Positions 10,389 to 20,268 of a stretch of DNA of 64,000 nt are shown here, in pieces; the first letter of the stretch is position 1, and the number at the start of each line of letters is the position of its first letter. The stretch is from an uncultured Candidatus Rokubacteria bacterium (GTDB taxonomy: Bacteria; Methylomirabilota; Methylomirabilia; Rokubacteriales; CSP1-6). The position numbers and the translations under genes were made by a program. The stretch spans positions 224,001-288,000 of the forward strand of contig CAVVEU010000013.1 in NCBI GenBank assembly GCA_963747235.1, read 5' to 3'. Below the pieces are notes generated by a model. That model saw only the letters and a list, made by a program, of their open reading frames with translations, made no database searches and was not told where the DNA came from.

Positions 10389-11146
10389 GCGACTCCTCCG
10401 TGAATGCCGAGCACCGCGCCGGTGGTGAAGCTGGAGGCGCTCGAGGCGAAGTAGAGCGCGGCGCCGACGACCTCCTCCGGCTCGCCCCCACGGCCGAGCG
10501 CCATCGTGGTCTTGGCGCGCTCGCGGAAGGCCTCGAGGTCCCAGGCCTTGGAGATGTCGGTGAGGAAGGGTCCCGGCATGATGCAGTTCACCCGCACGGT
10601 GGGGCCGAAGGCGCGCGCGAAGCCCTCGGTCATCGCGTTCACCGCGGCCTTGGCCGCCGCGTAGGGGATCACGTTGGCGGTGGGCCGGATCGCGGAGGTG
10701 CTCGACACCATGATGATGGAGCCGCCCGCGCCCGCCGCCATCCGCGCGCCGACCATCGCGGTGAGCCGGAACGGGCCCTTCAGGTTCACGTCGAGCACCT
10801 TGTCCCAGAGATCCTCGGTCACGTTCTCGATGCGGTCGTAGAGCGGCGACATGCCCGCGTTGTTGACCAGCACGTCCACGCGGCCGAACTCCTTGTAGGC
10901 GGTCTCCGCGAGTGCCTCCACCTGGCCCCAGTGGCCGACGTGGCAGGCGACGGGGAGCGCGCGACGCCCGGTGGCCTGGCGCACCTCCGCCGCGGTGGCC
11001 TCGCAGGACGCGAGCTTGCGGCTCGCGATGATCACGTCGGCGCCGGCGTGGGCGAAGGCCAGCACCATGGCGCGCCCGAGCCCGCGGCTGCCGCCGGTGA
11101 CGAGCGCGACCTTGCCGGTCAGATCGAAGAGGCCGGCGGCGGCCAT
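10385..11146 (-). CDS. Short-chain dehydrogenase/reductase
   Basis: TGGSRGLG, NNAG, YAAAK motifs. Confidence 0.93.
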   Translation of the reverse strand: MAAAGLFDLTGKVALVTGGSRGLGRAMVLAFAHAGADVIIASRKLASCEATAAEVRQATGRRALPVACHVGHWGQVEALAETAYKEFGRVDVLVNNAGMSPLYDRIENVTEDLWDKVLDVNLKGPFRLTAMVGARMAAGAGGSIIMVSSTSAIRPTANVIPYAAAKAAVNAMTEGFARAFGPTVRVNCIMPGPFLTDISKAWDLEAFRERAKTTMALGRGGEPEEVVGAALYFASSASSFTTGAVLGIHGGVA

Positions 11147-11150
11147 GCGA

Positions 11151-11867
11151 TCAGCAGCCGAGCTTCTCGGCGAGCTCCACGAAGTCGCCCGCCACCACGT
11201 CGAACGGCTGGCCCGGCTCGGGCTGGGATCCCGGGCGGCCGGGGCCGAACTCGAGCGGGCGCGGCACGAAGGCGGTGCGCAGGCCGCAGCGCGCCGCCGC
11301 GGCCAGATCGGCCGGGTGCGCGGCCACCATCAGGCACTGCTCGGGCCGGAGGCCGAGGGCCTCCGCGCTGCGCAGGTAGGCCTCGGGGGTGGGCTTGTAG
11401 GCGCGCGCGACCTCGGCGCCGAGAATCGCGTCCCACGGCAGGCCCGCGCGCTTGGCCATGTCCACCATGAGCCCGATGTTGCCGTTCGAGAGCGTGGCCA
11501 GCGTGAAGCGCCGCTTGAGGCGGGTGAGGCCGGGGACCGCGTCGGGCCACGGATCCAGCCGGTGCCACGCGTAGTTCAGGTGATCGATCTCGGCCGGGGA
11601 GACACCGGTGATGCCGAAGTCGCCGAGCAGCCGCACGAGGCTCTCGCGGTGGAGATCGTCCAGCTTCGTCCACGCGCGGCGCCCGCTCCGGACCTCTTCC
11701 ATCGCGGGCTGGTAGAGCCCGCGCCAGGAATCGGCGAACTTGGCCCAGTCCACCGAGAGCTTGCGGGGCTTGCCGAACGCTTCGCCTTCACGGGTGACGC
11801 TGGTGCGCCAGTCCACGACGGTGCCGAAGACGTCGAACGTGAGCGCGCTGATCGAGGATTCGTCCAT
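11151..11867 (-). CDS. Haloacid dehalogenase type II
   Basis: FDVFGTVVDW, LSNGN, YKP, MVAAHPAD motifs. Confidence 0.9.
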   Translation of the reverse strand: MDESSISALTFDVFGTVVDWRTSVTREGEAFGKPRKLSVDWAKFADSWRGLYQPAMEEVRSGRRAWTKLDDLHRESLVRLLGDFGITGVSPAEIDHLNYAWHRLDPWPDAVPGLTRLKRRFTLATLSNGNIGLMVDMAKRAGLPWDAILGAEVARAYKPTPEAYLRSAEALGLRPEQCLMVAAHPADLAAAARCGLRTAFVPRPLEFGPGRPGSQPEPGQPFDVVAGDFVELAEKLGC

Positions 11868-11995
11868 GGTGGGTGTCTCCCGTGAGGTCTCGTCGGGGAT
11901 GCTACGACGGCCGGATGGTCAAGGCAAGCCGCCCGGCCGGCCGGCGCCCGTGATAATGTCGGCGGCGACTCACCAACTCGAACAGGGAGGCGACC

Positions 11996-12313
11996 ATGCT
12001 CGCGATCTGGGTGAAGGTGAAGATCAAGGCGGCGATGCGCGACAAGTTCCTGAAGGCCATCGAGGCCGACGCGCTCGGCTCGGAAAAGGACGAGCCGGGC
12101 TGCCTGCGCTTCAACGTGCTGCAGGACGAGAAGGACGAGAACGTGTACTACTTCTTCGAGGTCTACAAGGACCAAGCCGCGCTGGAGGCGCACCGCAACA
12201 CGCCGCACTACGCGATCTGGCGCGGGGTGGCCGACGTCCTCGAGGGCCCGACCGAGCCCACCCGCTGCAAGCCCGTGTTCCCGGCCGCCCGCGCCTACTG
12301 GGGCAAGGTGTAG
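11996..12313 (+). CDS. Antibiotic biosynthesis monooxygenase (ABM/LsrG-like) protein
   Basis: EPGCLRFNVLQD...FEVY...EAHRNTPHY; GGGAGG RBS. Confidence 0.88.
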   Translation: MLAIWVKVKIKAAMRDKFLKAIEADALGSEKDEPGCLRFNVLQDEKDENVYYFFEVYKDQAALEAHRNTPHYAIWRGVADVLEGPTEPTRCKPVFPAARAYWGKV

Positions 12314-12316
12314 CGG

Positions 12317-12871
12317 CTACCGCTGACCCTTCGCGCGGTTGGCGACCTCCACGGTCTGCTTCTCGACGTCGAAGCGGTGGGTCTCCTTGGTCTCCACGTC
12401 GCCGCCGGTGACGCGGATGAAGAAGGTGTCGTCGCCGAACTCGATGGAGTGGATGTCGCCCACCGCGAAGGCGGCGGCGTGGCCGGGCTCGTTCATGAAC
12501 TCGCGCTGGAGCGTGAGCTCGGCGTGGCCCGGCCGGCTGCCGTCGTCGAGGCGGCGCCAGCGGCGCATGCGGGTGGCGTTCTGGTAGTTGCCGTAGACCA
12601 CCCAGCACGGCCCGTGGTCGTGCACCGAGGACTTGCTGGCCTTCGGCCGCGCGTGGACGAGCACGTGCACGTCGGTCTCGGGATCGTGGCCGATGGTGGC
12701 GCGCTCGACGTACGGCACCGGATCGCCCAGGTGCTTCGTGAGCAGCTCCGGATTGTGCAGGAGCTTCTCCAGGTGATCGCGGATCTCGGCCAGTCCGGCC
12801 GGGATGCCCTTCGTCTGGATGGTGGTGCGCGTGTCGGCGAGGAACTGGTCGAGGGAGTAGGTCGTGTCCAT
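12317..12871 (-). CDS. Cupin/cysteine-dioxygenase-like protein
   Basis: VHDHGPCW and DIHS metal-binding pattern; AAGGAGG RBS. Confidence 0.7.
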   Translation of the reverse strand: MDTTYSLDQFLADTRTTIQTKGIPAGLAEIRDHLEKLLHNPELLTKHLGDPVPYVERATIGHDPETDVHVLVHARPKASKSSVHDHGPCWVVYGNYQNATRMRRWRRLDDGSRPGHAELTLQREFMNEPGHAAAFAVGDIHSIEFGDDTFFIRVTGGDVETKETHRFDVEKQTVEVANRAKGQR

Positions 12872-12930
12872 GGCCGCCCTCCTTGGGTGACGGCCGGATC
12901 ATAGCAGAACGTCGTGTACAATAGGAGCCC

Positions 12931-14163
12931 GTGCCCGCTCCCACCGATCGTCCCGGTTTTCGTAATGATGTTCGCGTCATCGGCGATATCCGTATCATCA
13001 GCCTCGTGGCCTCCGCCCATTTCTTCAGCCATTTCTTCCAGCTCACGCTGCCCCCGCTCTTCCCGCTGCTGAAGGAGATCTGGGGGGTGCCGTACGTGGC
13101 GCTGGGCCTGGCCATGAGCGTGTTCTACGGGGCGTCGGGCATCGGCCAGCCCGTCTCCGGCTTCCTGGTGGACCGGGTCGGGGCGCACCGCGTGCTCCTG
13201 GGCGGGATGGCGCTCTTCTCCGCGTCGATCGCGCTGGCCGGCCTCGTGCCGACCTACTGGCTGTTGCTGCCGGTGGCGCTGCTGGCCGGGCTCGGCAATA
13301 GCGTCTTTCATCCCGCCGACTATTCGATCCTGAACGCGTCGGTGAATCCGCGGCGGATCGGACGCGGCTACAGCGTGCACGCGATCTCCGGCAATCTCGG
13401 CTGGGCGGTGGCGCCCAGCGTGGTGGTGGGTCTCACCGCGCACTTCGGCTGGCGCGTGGCGCTGGTGACGGTGGGCGCGGCCGGGCTGGCCGTCGTCTCC
13501 GTGCTGGCGACGCAGCTTCGCGCCTTCGTGGGCGGCCGGGCGGTCGAGCGGCCGAAGACTACGGCCGGGCGCGAAGTGCGCCTGCTGCTGACCGCGCCGA
13601 TCCTGTCCGCGTTCGCTTACTTCGCGCTGATCGCCACCGCGCTGATCGGCCTGCAGACCTTCGGCGTCACCACGCTGATGCGCGTGTACGACACGCCGCT
13701 GTCGCTGGCCACCGGCGCGCTGACCGCGTTCCTGGTGGGCGGGGCCATCGGGATCCTGACGGGCGGTCTCCTGGCCGATCGCACGCACCGGCACGACGTC
13801 GTGGCGGTCGCGGGGCTGGTCACGGCCGCGGGGTTCATGATGCTGCTGGCCACCGGCGCGCTGGCGGCGACCCTGTTGCCGATCGTGCTCGGCGTCACCG
13901 GTTTCTGTCACGGGGCGACCGGCCCCTCACGCGACATGCTGGTGCGCGCGGCCACGCCGCCCGGCGCATCCGGCAAGGTGTTCGGCTTCGTCTACTCGGG
14001 GCTCGACCTGGGCTCCTGCCTCACCCCGCTCGCCTTCGGCTGGCTCCTCGACCACGGCGACCCGCGCATGCTCTTCGTCGCGGTCGGCATCCTCATGCTC
14101 TGCACCATCGCCACGGTGGTCCAGGTTCGCCGCAGCGCTGGCGTCGTCCCCGCCAGCGCCTAG
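12931..14163 (+). CDS. MFS transporter (Fsr-like)
   Basis: GFLVDRVG motif A, GLGNSVFHP, about 12 TM segments. Confidence 0.9.
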   Translation: MPAPTDRPGFRNDVRVIGDIRIISLVASAHFFSHFFQLTLPPLFPLLKEIWGVPYVALGLAMSVFYGASGIGQPVSGFLVDRVGAHRVLLGGMALFSASIALAGLVPTYWLLLPVALLAGLGNSVFHPADYSILNASVNPRRIGRGYSVHAISGNLGWAVAPSVVVGLTAHFGWRVALVTVGAAGLAVVSVLATQLRAFVGGRAVERPKTTAGREVRLLLTAPILSAFAYFALIATALIGLQTFGVTTLMRVYDTPLSLATGALTAFLVGGAIGILTGGLLADRTHRHDVVAVAGLVTAAGFMMLLATGALAATLLPIVLGVTGFCHGATGPSRDMLVRAATPPGASGKVFGFVYSGLDLGSCLTPLAFGWLLDHGDPRMLFVAVGILMLCTIATVVQVRRSAGVVPASA

Positions 14164-14182
14164 CCTGGGCGCCTGACCCCGC

Positions 14183-15148
14183 CTAGAACCACCTCGACTT
14201 GTCCACCACGTTGCGTAGCGGCTGGCCGGCGAGGAAGCGGCGGCAGTTGTCGAGGAGGATCTCGCAGCGGCGATCGTCCAGATAGGGGCCGTAGCCCGCG
14301 GTGTGCGGGGTGATCAGCACGTTGGGCGTCGTCCAGAGCGGGTGATCGGCGGGCAGGGGCTCCTGCTCGAAGACGTCGAGGGCGGCGCCCGCGATCTCCC
14401 CGGCCCGGAGCGCGGCCACCAGGTCGTCGAGCCGCGTGGTCAGGCCCCGCCCGATGTTGATGAAGAACGCGCTCCGCTTCATGCGCTGAAAGCGCGCGCG
14501 ATGCATGAAGCCCTGGGTCTCGGGCGTGTGCGGGACCGTGAGGATGACGAAGTCGGCCTCCGGGAGGAGCGTGTCGAGCGCGTCCGGCCCGTCGAGCTTG
14601 GAGACACCGGGCGGCGCCTCCCGCCGCCGCGCGTCGATCCCGATCACCCGCATGCCGAAGGCCTCCGCGAGCCGCGCCGCCTCGCTGCCGATGCCGCCCA
14701 CGCCCACGATCAGCGCGGTGGCCTCGGGCAGGTGTACCACGCCGGTGTCGGACGGCGCCGGCCGCCACTCGCGCCGGAGCTGGAGCGGCAGGTAGTGGTG
14801 GAGGCCGCGCGCGAACGCCAGCACGAAGGCCATGATGTGCGCGCCGATGTGGTCGTTGTAGATCTCGCGGAAGTTGGTGACCACCACCGGATGCGCGATC
14901 AGCGCGTCGTGATAGTAGCCGGCGGGGGGCGCGGCCTGCGGGGCCTGCAGCCAGCGAAGCCGGCCGGCCTGGCCCAGTAGCGCGGGCGACGGTGTACCGA
15001 AGGCGGCCTCGGCGCGGCCGATCTCGCGCGCGGCCTGCGCCTCGTCCTCCGCGACGACCACCGTCAGCTCGGGCACGGCGGCGGCCACGCGCGCGGCCCA
15101 CGCGCGGGTGGTGGGGGTCTGGGGCGGTAGGATCAGGAGGGTGGTCAT
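14183..15148 (-). CDS. D-2-hydroxyacid dehydrogenase
   Basis: VGVGGIG, INIGRG, DVFEQEPLP, TPHTAG motifs. Confidence 0.9.
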   Translation of the reverse strand: MTTLLILPPQTPTTRAWAARVAAAVPELTVVVAEDEAQAAREIGRAEAAFGTPSPALLGQAGRLRWLQAPQAAPPAGYYHDALIAHPVVVTNFREIYNDHIGAHIMAFVLAFARGLHHYLPLQLRREWRPAPSDTGVVHLPEATALIVGVGGIGSEAARLAEAFGMRVIGIDARRREAPPGVSKLDGPDALDTLLPEADFVILTVPHTPETQGFMHRARFQRMKRSAFFINIGRGLTTRLDDLVAALRAGEIAGAALDVFEQEPLPADHPLWTTPNVLITPHTAGYGPYLDDRRCEILLDNCRRFLAGQPLRNVVDKSRWF

Positions 15149-15216
15149 GGCCCCACACCATACCACCGGCGGCGGATTTGGAGACGGGGTGCCCGGGGGG
15201 CTACGATCGAAGCACG

Positions 15217-16304
15217 ATGGCGAGCCGGATCGGCGTCCTCGGCTGGGTCACCGGCGTGCTCTCGGCGGTCCTGGGCACGCTCGCCTTCGGCGCCGTGCTC
15301 TGCCTCTGGTTCCCCGCCGTGCTGACCACGCCGGCGCTGCGCGACGTCTATCCGATGGAGATCGTCCGGACCACGATCAAGGTCACGCTGGGGGTGGCCT
15401 TTGTCCTCGGCGCTGCTCAGCGTCTTCCTCAAGCGCCGGAAGGCGCTCGGCCTCACCGGGGCCGGGCTCGCGCTGCTGGCCACGCTCATGGGCGGCTCCG
15501 AGGTGGCGGTGGCCACGCCGGTGGCGCGCGGGAGCCACGTGGGCCTCGACTGGTTCCTGCTCGACCTCTTCCTGCTCTCCGCGATCTTCGTGCCGATCGA
15601 GCTGCTCTTCGGCCGGCTCCGTCAGCAGCCGATCTTCCGGCCCGAATGGCGCACGGACCTCTGGCACTTCGGGGTGAGCCATCTCCTCGTGCAGCTCACC
15701 GTGTTCCTGACCATGGCCCCCGCGGCGATCTTCTTCCGCTGGGCAGTGGCGCCGGAGCTCCAGGCCGCGGTGGCCGCGCAGCCGCTGGTCCTCCAGTTCG
15801 TCGAGGTCCTCGTGGTCGCCGATCTCACCCAGTACACCGTGCACCGCCTCTTCCACCAGGTGCCCTGGCTCTGGCCCTTCCACGCGATCCATCACTCGAG
15901 CCGGCAGATGGACTGGCTGGCCGGCTCGCGCCTGCACCTGGTGGACATCGTGGTGACGCGCGGGCTCTCCTTCGTGCCGCTGTACGTGCTGGGCTTCGCG
16001 GCAGGGCGCGGTCTTCGCATACGTGCTGTTCGTGTCGTTCCAGGCCGTGCTGATCCACGCCAACGTGAGCTGGCGCTTCGGCCCGGTCCGCCACCTCCTG
16101 GCCACGCCGCAGTACCATCACTGGCACCACGCGGTGGAGCCGGTGGACGTGAACTTCGCGGTGCACCTGCCGGTGATCGATCGCGTCTTCGGCACGCAGT
16201 ACCTGCCGCGCGATCGCTGGCCCGAGGCGTATGGCCTCGCGGGCCCGCCGGTGCCGCCCGACTACTGGAGCCAGCTCGCGTACCCGTTCCGTCGCGGGCG
16301 CTGA
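15217..16304 (+). CDS. Sterol desaturase/fatty acid hydroxylase family protein (indels near 15410 and 16005)
   Basis: His boxes HRLFH, HAIHH, HAN and HHWHH spread across three frames. Confidence 0.85.
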
Positions 16305-16317
16305 CGGCTCCGCGCGG

Positions 16318-17517
16318 CTAGAAGCGGCCCGCGCGATACGTCTCGGGCGCGAAGCGGCCGAAGAGCAGCGCCATCGCGACCAGCAGGACCGCGGTGCCGG
16401 CCAGCGTCGCGTCGATGCCCGCCAGATCGGCGCCAAGGCCGAGCGCGATCGGACCCACCACGTAGCCCAGGTCCGCCAGCATCCGATAGCTGCTGACCGC
16501 CGCTGCGTTCATGCCGGGCGGCGCGGTGTCGGCCGCGTAGGCGGCGGGGGCCGCACCGCTGATGCCCATCGCGATGCTCCACGCCGCGCAGGCGGCGAGG
16601 AACCAGGCGTAGGTCGGCGCGAGCAGGAAGAGGACGAGCGAGAGGCCGGACAGGATCGTCGCGGGGACGATGATGATCTTGCGGCCGTAGCGGTCCACGA
16701 GGACGCCGGTCGGATAGGCCACGATGAGGCCCACGATGCTCGCCAGCGCCAGGCCGAAGCCGATGCGGTCCGGGTGGAGCGCGAGCCGGTCGCGGGCCAG
16801 GATCGGGACGATGTTGAACAGCGCGCCGGTGCGGGCCACCGCGTTCACGAAGGCGAGGCAGCTCACGAGCATGAAGCCGCGATGCGCGGTGAGCAGGCGG
16901 AGCTGGGCGCGGTAGGGCACGTGGGCGGGCTCGGGCTCGTCGACGGGGCGGACCGCGCGCGTCTCGGGGATCGCGAGCCAGGCCACCGCGGAGGCCACGA
17001 GCGAGGTCGCCGCGTAGGCGAGGAACGGGGCGGCGAGGCCCCAGTGGGTGGCGAGCAGCCCGCCCGGCAGCGGGCCGATGCCGACCGCGAAGATGAACGC
17101 GCCCTGATAGGCCGACATCATGCGCCCGCGGTTGGACGGCGTCGAGATGTCCGCGATGACGATCAGGCCGGTGGTGAGCACGAGGGCCGCGCCCGCGCCC
17201 GCCACGAAGCGCGCGCCGACGAAGGCGGGGTAGCTCGGCGCGAGCGCGCAGAGCACGTTGCCGAAGGCGGAGAGGACGCCGCCGATCGCCAGCGTGTTGC
17301 GGCGGCCGAGGCGGTCCGCGAGCTGGCCCGCCGGCACCGCGACCAGGAAGCGGGCGAGCCCGTAGATCGCGATGGCGAGGCCGATGGCGGACTGGGTGAC
17401 GTCGAAGGAGCGCGCGTAGAGGGCCAGCGCGGGGATGATGCTGCCGAAGCCGAGCTGGTTGACGGCGATGAGCACGCACATCCAGACGAGGATGCGGATG
17501 CCCGCGGGCTCTCGCAT
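16318..17517 (-). CDS. MFS transporter
   Basis: GQLADRLGRR and GVLVDRYGRK motifs, about 12 TM segments. Confidence 0.9.
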   Translation of the reverse strand: MREPAGIRILVWMCVLIAVNQLGFGSIIPALALYARSFDVTQSAIGLAIAIYGLARFLVAVPAGQLADRLGRRNTLAIGGVLSAFGNVLCALAPSYPAFVGARFVAGAGAALVLTTGLIVIADISTPSNRGRMMSAYQGAFIFAVGIGPLPGGLLATHWGLAAPFLAYAATSLVASAVAWLAIPETRAVRPVDEPEPAHVPYRAQLRLLTAHRGFMLVSCLAFVNAVARTGALFNIVPILARDRLALHPDRIGFGLALASIVGLIVAYPTGVLVDRYGRKIIIVPATILSGLSLVLFLLAPTYAWFLAACAAWSIAMGISGAAPAAYAADTAPPGMNAAAVSSYRMLADLGYVVGPIALGLGADLAGIDATLAGTAVLLVAMALLFGRFAPETYRAGRF

Positions 17518-17603
17518 GACCGTCTGGGTGTATCCCGTTATGCCGTGGAGCGCAAGCCCGCCGAGGCGTATGATCGGGCGCACACCACGCACAGGAGGCG
17601 GTC

Positions 17604-18386
17604 ATGGCGACCAGCACGGCAAAGGGATTCGCGGTATTCGCGGGCGTGTCACCGGAGATCATCCGCGCCTCGGCGCGCGAGGCCGAAGCGCTCGGCTACC
17701 GCTCGTTCTGGGTGAATCATCCGGGCCCGGTGGACGGTCTCGGATCGCTCGCGCACGCGGCGGGGGAGACCCGTCGGATGGACCTGGGCGTGGGGGTCAT
17801 CCCGCTGCACACGCGCGGGCCGGAGGCCATCGCGGACGGGGTGCGCGGGCACGGGCTCGCGCCGGAGCGCCTGCTGCTGGGCGTGGGCAGCCCGAATCCC
17901 GAGGCACTCAAGCGCGTGCGCGACGGCGTGGCCACGCTGCGGGCCAAGCTGACCACGCGGATCATCGTGGCCGCGCTCGGGCCGAAGATGTGCCAGCTGG
18001 CCGGCGAGGTCGCCGACGGCGTGCTGTTCAACTGGCTCACGCCGGAGTACGCGCGCCGCTCCGCCGAGCTGGTCCGCGCGGGCGCGGACGCCGCGAAGCG
18101 CCCGATGCCGCGGCTCTACGCCTACGTGCGGGTGGCGCTGGGGCCCGCCGCGGCCGAGCGGCTGGCCGACGAGGGCGGGCGCTACGACGCCATCGCCGCG
18201 TACCACGCCCACTTCGTCCGCATGGGCGTGAAGCCGGTGGACACCGCCATCGCGGCCACCTCCGCCGACGGCATCAAGCGCGCGCTCGCGGCCTGGGACG
18301 GCGCGGTGGACGAGGTCGTCCTCCGCGCCATCACCGCCAAGGACACCGTCGAGGACCACCTCACCCTGGTGCGCGCCGCCGGCTAG
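17604..18386 (+). CDS. LLM-class flavin-dependent oxidoreductase
   Basis: AREAEALGYRSFW, AALGPKMCQLAGEVADG; AGGAGG RBS. Confidence 0.87.
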   Translation: MATSTAKGFAVFAGVSPEIIRASAREAEALGYRSFWVNHPGPVDGLGSLAHAAGETRRMDLGVGVIPLHTRGPEAIADGVRGHGLAPERLLLGVGSPNPEALKRVRDGVATLRAKLTTRIIVAALGPKMCQLAGEVADGVLFNWLTPEYARRSAELVRAGADAAKRPMPRLYAYVRVALGPAAAERLADEGGRYDAIAAYHAHFVRMGVKPVDTAIAATSADGIKRALAAWDGAVDEVVLRAITAKDTVEDHLTLVRAAG

Positions 18387-19405
18387 AGCTCGCGGCGGAC
18401 CAGGCGGGCGCCCTCGACGAGGGCGGCCATCTTGAGGCGGGTGGCCCAGCGGGGGGTTTCCCAGAAGCCGCAGTCGGGGTTGAGCCAGAGCTTGTCGGGG
18501 GCGACATAGCGGAGGAGGGCGCGGATGCGCTCGGCGACCTCCTCGGCGGTCTCGGCCTTGAAGGCCTTCACGTCGATCACGCCGGCGCCCAGCTCCTTGT
18601 CCGTCGGGAACTCCTTCCAGAGGGCGAGGTCGTCCATGCCGCGGTTCGCGTACTCGAGGACGACCTGGGACGCGGTCAGCTCGTGGATCGCGGGGTACAC
18701 GTTGCGATAGCTGCGCACCGGCTGGAATGGGCGGCCGTACAGGTTGCCGAAGCAGACGTGGACCGCGATCTTGGCCCGCACGCCCTCCACCGCGCGGTTG
18801 ACGCCGTGGGCGAAGTTGGGCGCGGCGCCCGCGTACATGCCGCTGTGCGGCTCGTCGATCTGGATGAAGTCGGCGCCCGCCGCCACGAGCGCGCGGCACT
18901 CCGCGTTGACGATGCCCACCAGGTCGGCCAGCAGCGTGTCGCGATCGCGGTAGCCGCCGCCGAGCCGCAGCGGGAACATCAGCGTGTACGGCCCGGGCAC
19001 GGTGGCCTTGAGCGGCCTGCCGGTCAGCGATCGCGCCAGCTTGAACTCCTCCACGATGCCGAGACCGGCCGGCGCGGTGATGCGCTCCACGACCTCGAAC
19101 GGGGTGTTGGTGTCCCAGTGCGGCTGGCCCAGCTTGCGCGGCTCCTCCATGGTGCGGATGCCCTGGAGATGATCGTAGAAGCCGATGATGAAGCGGACGC
19201 GGCCCATCTCGCCGGTGGTCAGCACGTCGATGCCGGCCCGCTCCTGGTCGAGCAGCGCGACCTGGGTGGCGTCCTCCATCAGCTCGCGGACGTCGGTGGC
19301 GCCCAGGCGCCCGGCCACGAGCGCCTCGCGGGCGAGCCAGACCCAGCCGGGCAGCCCGTGGCTGCCGATGACCGAGGTGGGCAGGAGCGTGGCGGGACTG
19401 GTCAT
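18383..19405 (-). CDS. Cobalamin-independent methionine synthase II family (catalytic barrel only)
   Basis: TSVIGS, IQIDEP, VHVCFGN and NPDCGF zinc-ligand motifs. Confidence 0.88.
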   Translation of the reverse strand: MTSPATLLPTSVIGSHGLPGWVWLAREALVAGRLGATDVRELMEDATQVALLDQERAGIDVLTTGEMGRVRFIIGFYDHLQGIRTMEEPRKLGQPHWDTNTPFEVVERITAPAGLGIVEEFKLARSLTGRPLKATVPGPYTLMFPLRLGGGYRDRDTLLADLVGIVNAECRALVAAGADFIQIDEPHSGMYAGAAPNFAHGVNRAVEGVRAKIAVHVCFGNLYGRPFQPVRSYRNVYPAIHELTASQVVLEYANRGMDDLALWKEFPTDKELGAGVIDVKAFKAETAEEVAERIRALLRYVAPDKLWLNPDCGFWETPRWATRLKMAALVEGARLVRREL

Positions 19406-20163
19406 CGCGCGGGTCCTTTCCGTCGCTGGCGGATCTCGTCCATGGCGGCGCGGTGCTCGGCGGAGTCGAGGCAGAGGCGGAAGCCCGCTTCCATCTCGCG
19501 GCGGAAGGCGTCGAACGGGAGATCGAAGGCGCGCGCCAGGAGGACCTTGCTCACGCCCACGGCGGTCGCGGGGAGCGCGAGGAACCGCCCGATGCACTTG
19601 TCGAGCGCCTGGGGGAACTCGGATGCCGGGACGACCTGATTGACGAGCCCGTAGTCCGCGGCCCGCTCCGCCGAGATCGGCTCGCCGGTGAGGATCATCT
19701 CGCGCGCCCGTGCCGCCCCGATCAGCCGCGGCAGCCGGTAGAGCGCCATGGACGGGATCAGGCACTCCTTCACCGCGGGCAGGCCGATGACCGCGTCGGC
19801 CGCGGCCAGCCGGTAGTCGCAGACCAGCGCGAGCTGGAGCCCGCCGCCCAGGCAGTGGCCGTTGATGGCCGCGATGAACGGGATCGGCATGCGCTCGATC
19901 GCGGTCATCGCGTCCTCCCAGGCCACGAAGTGCGGCAGGGTCATCTCGCTCGCGGCGAGGGATCGGAGATCCACGCCGGTCGAGAAGGCGCGGCCGGCTC
20001 CGGTGATCACCGCGACGCGGAGCTCGCGGAGGGAGCCCACGCGCGCCACGACCTCGACCAGCTCGGCCACCCAGCCGGGATCGCCCGCGTTCAGCACCTC
20101 GGGCCGGTTCAGGGTGATGCGGGCGACGGGCCCGTCGAGCTCGAGTTGGACGGAGGGCGTCAC
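19402..20163 (-). CDS. Enoyl-CoA hydratase/isomerase family protein
   Basis: ITLNRPEVLNA, FSTGVDL, AAINGHCLGGG motifs. Confidence 0.9.
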   Translation of the reverse strand: MTPSVQLELDGPVARITLNRPEVLNAGDPGWVAELVEVVARVGSLRELRVAVITGAGRAFSTGVDLRSLAASEMTLPHFVAWEDAMTAIERMPIPFIAAINGHCLGGGLQLALVCDYRLAAADAVIGLPAVKECLIPSMALYRLPRLIGAARAREMILTGEPISAERAADYGLVNQVVPASEFPQALDKCIGRFLALPATAVGVSKVLLARAFDLPFDAFRREMEAGFRLCLDSAEHRAAMDEIRQRRKGPAR

Positions 20164-20268
20164 GGTCGGTCATCCTCCGGGAGGCCGCCCGCGTTGTCAA
20201 CTTGGCGACCCGGTGGCTGGCGACCCACCCGGGGCGCGTGCTAACCTTCCGCGCAGGAGGGCTTTGCG

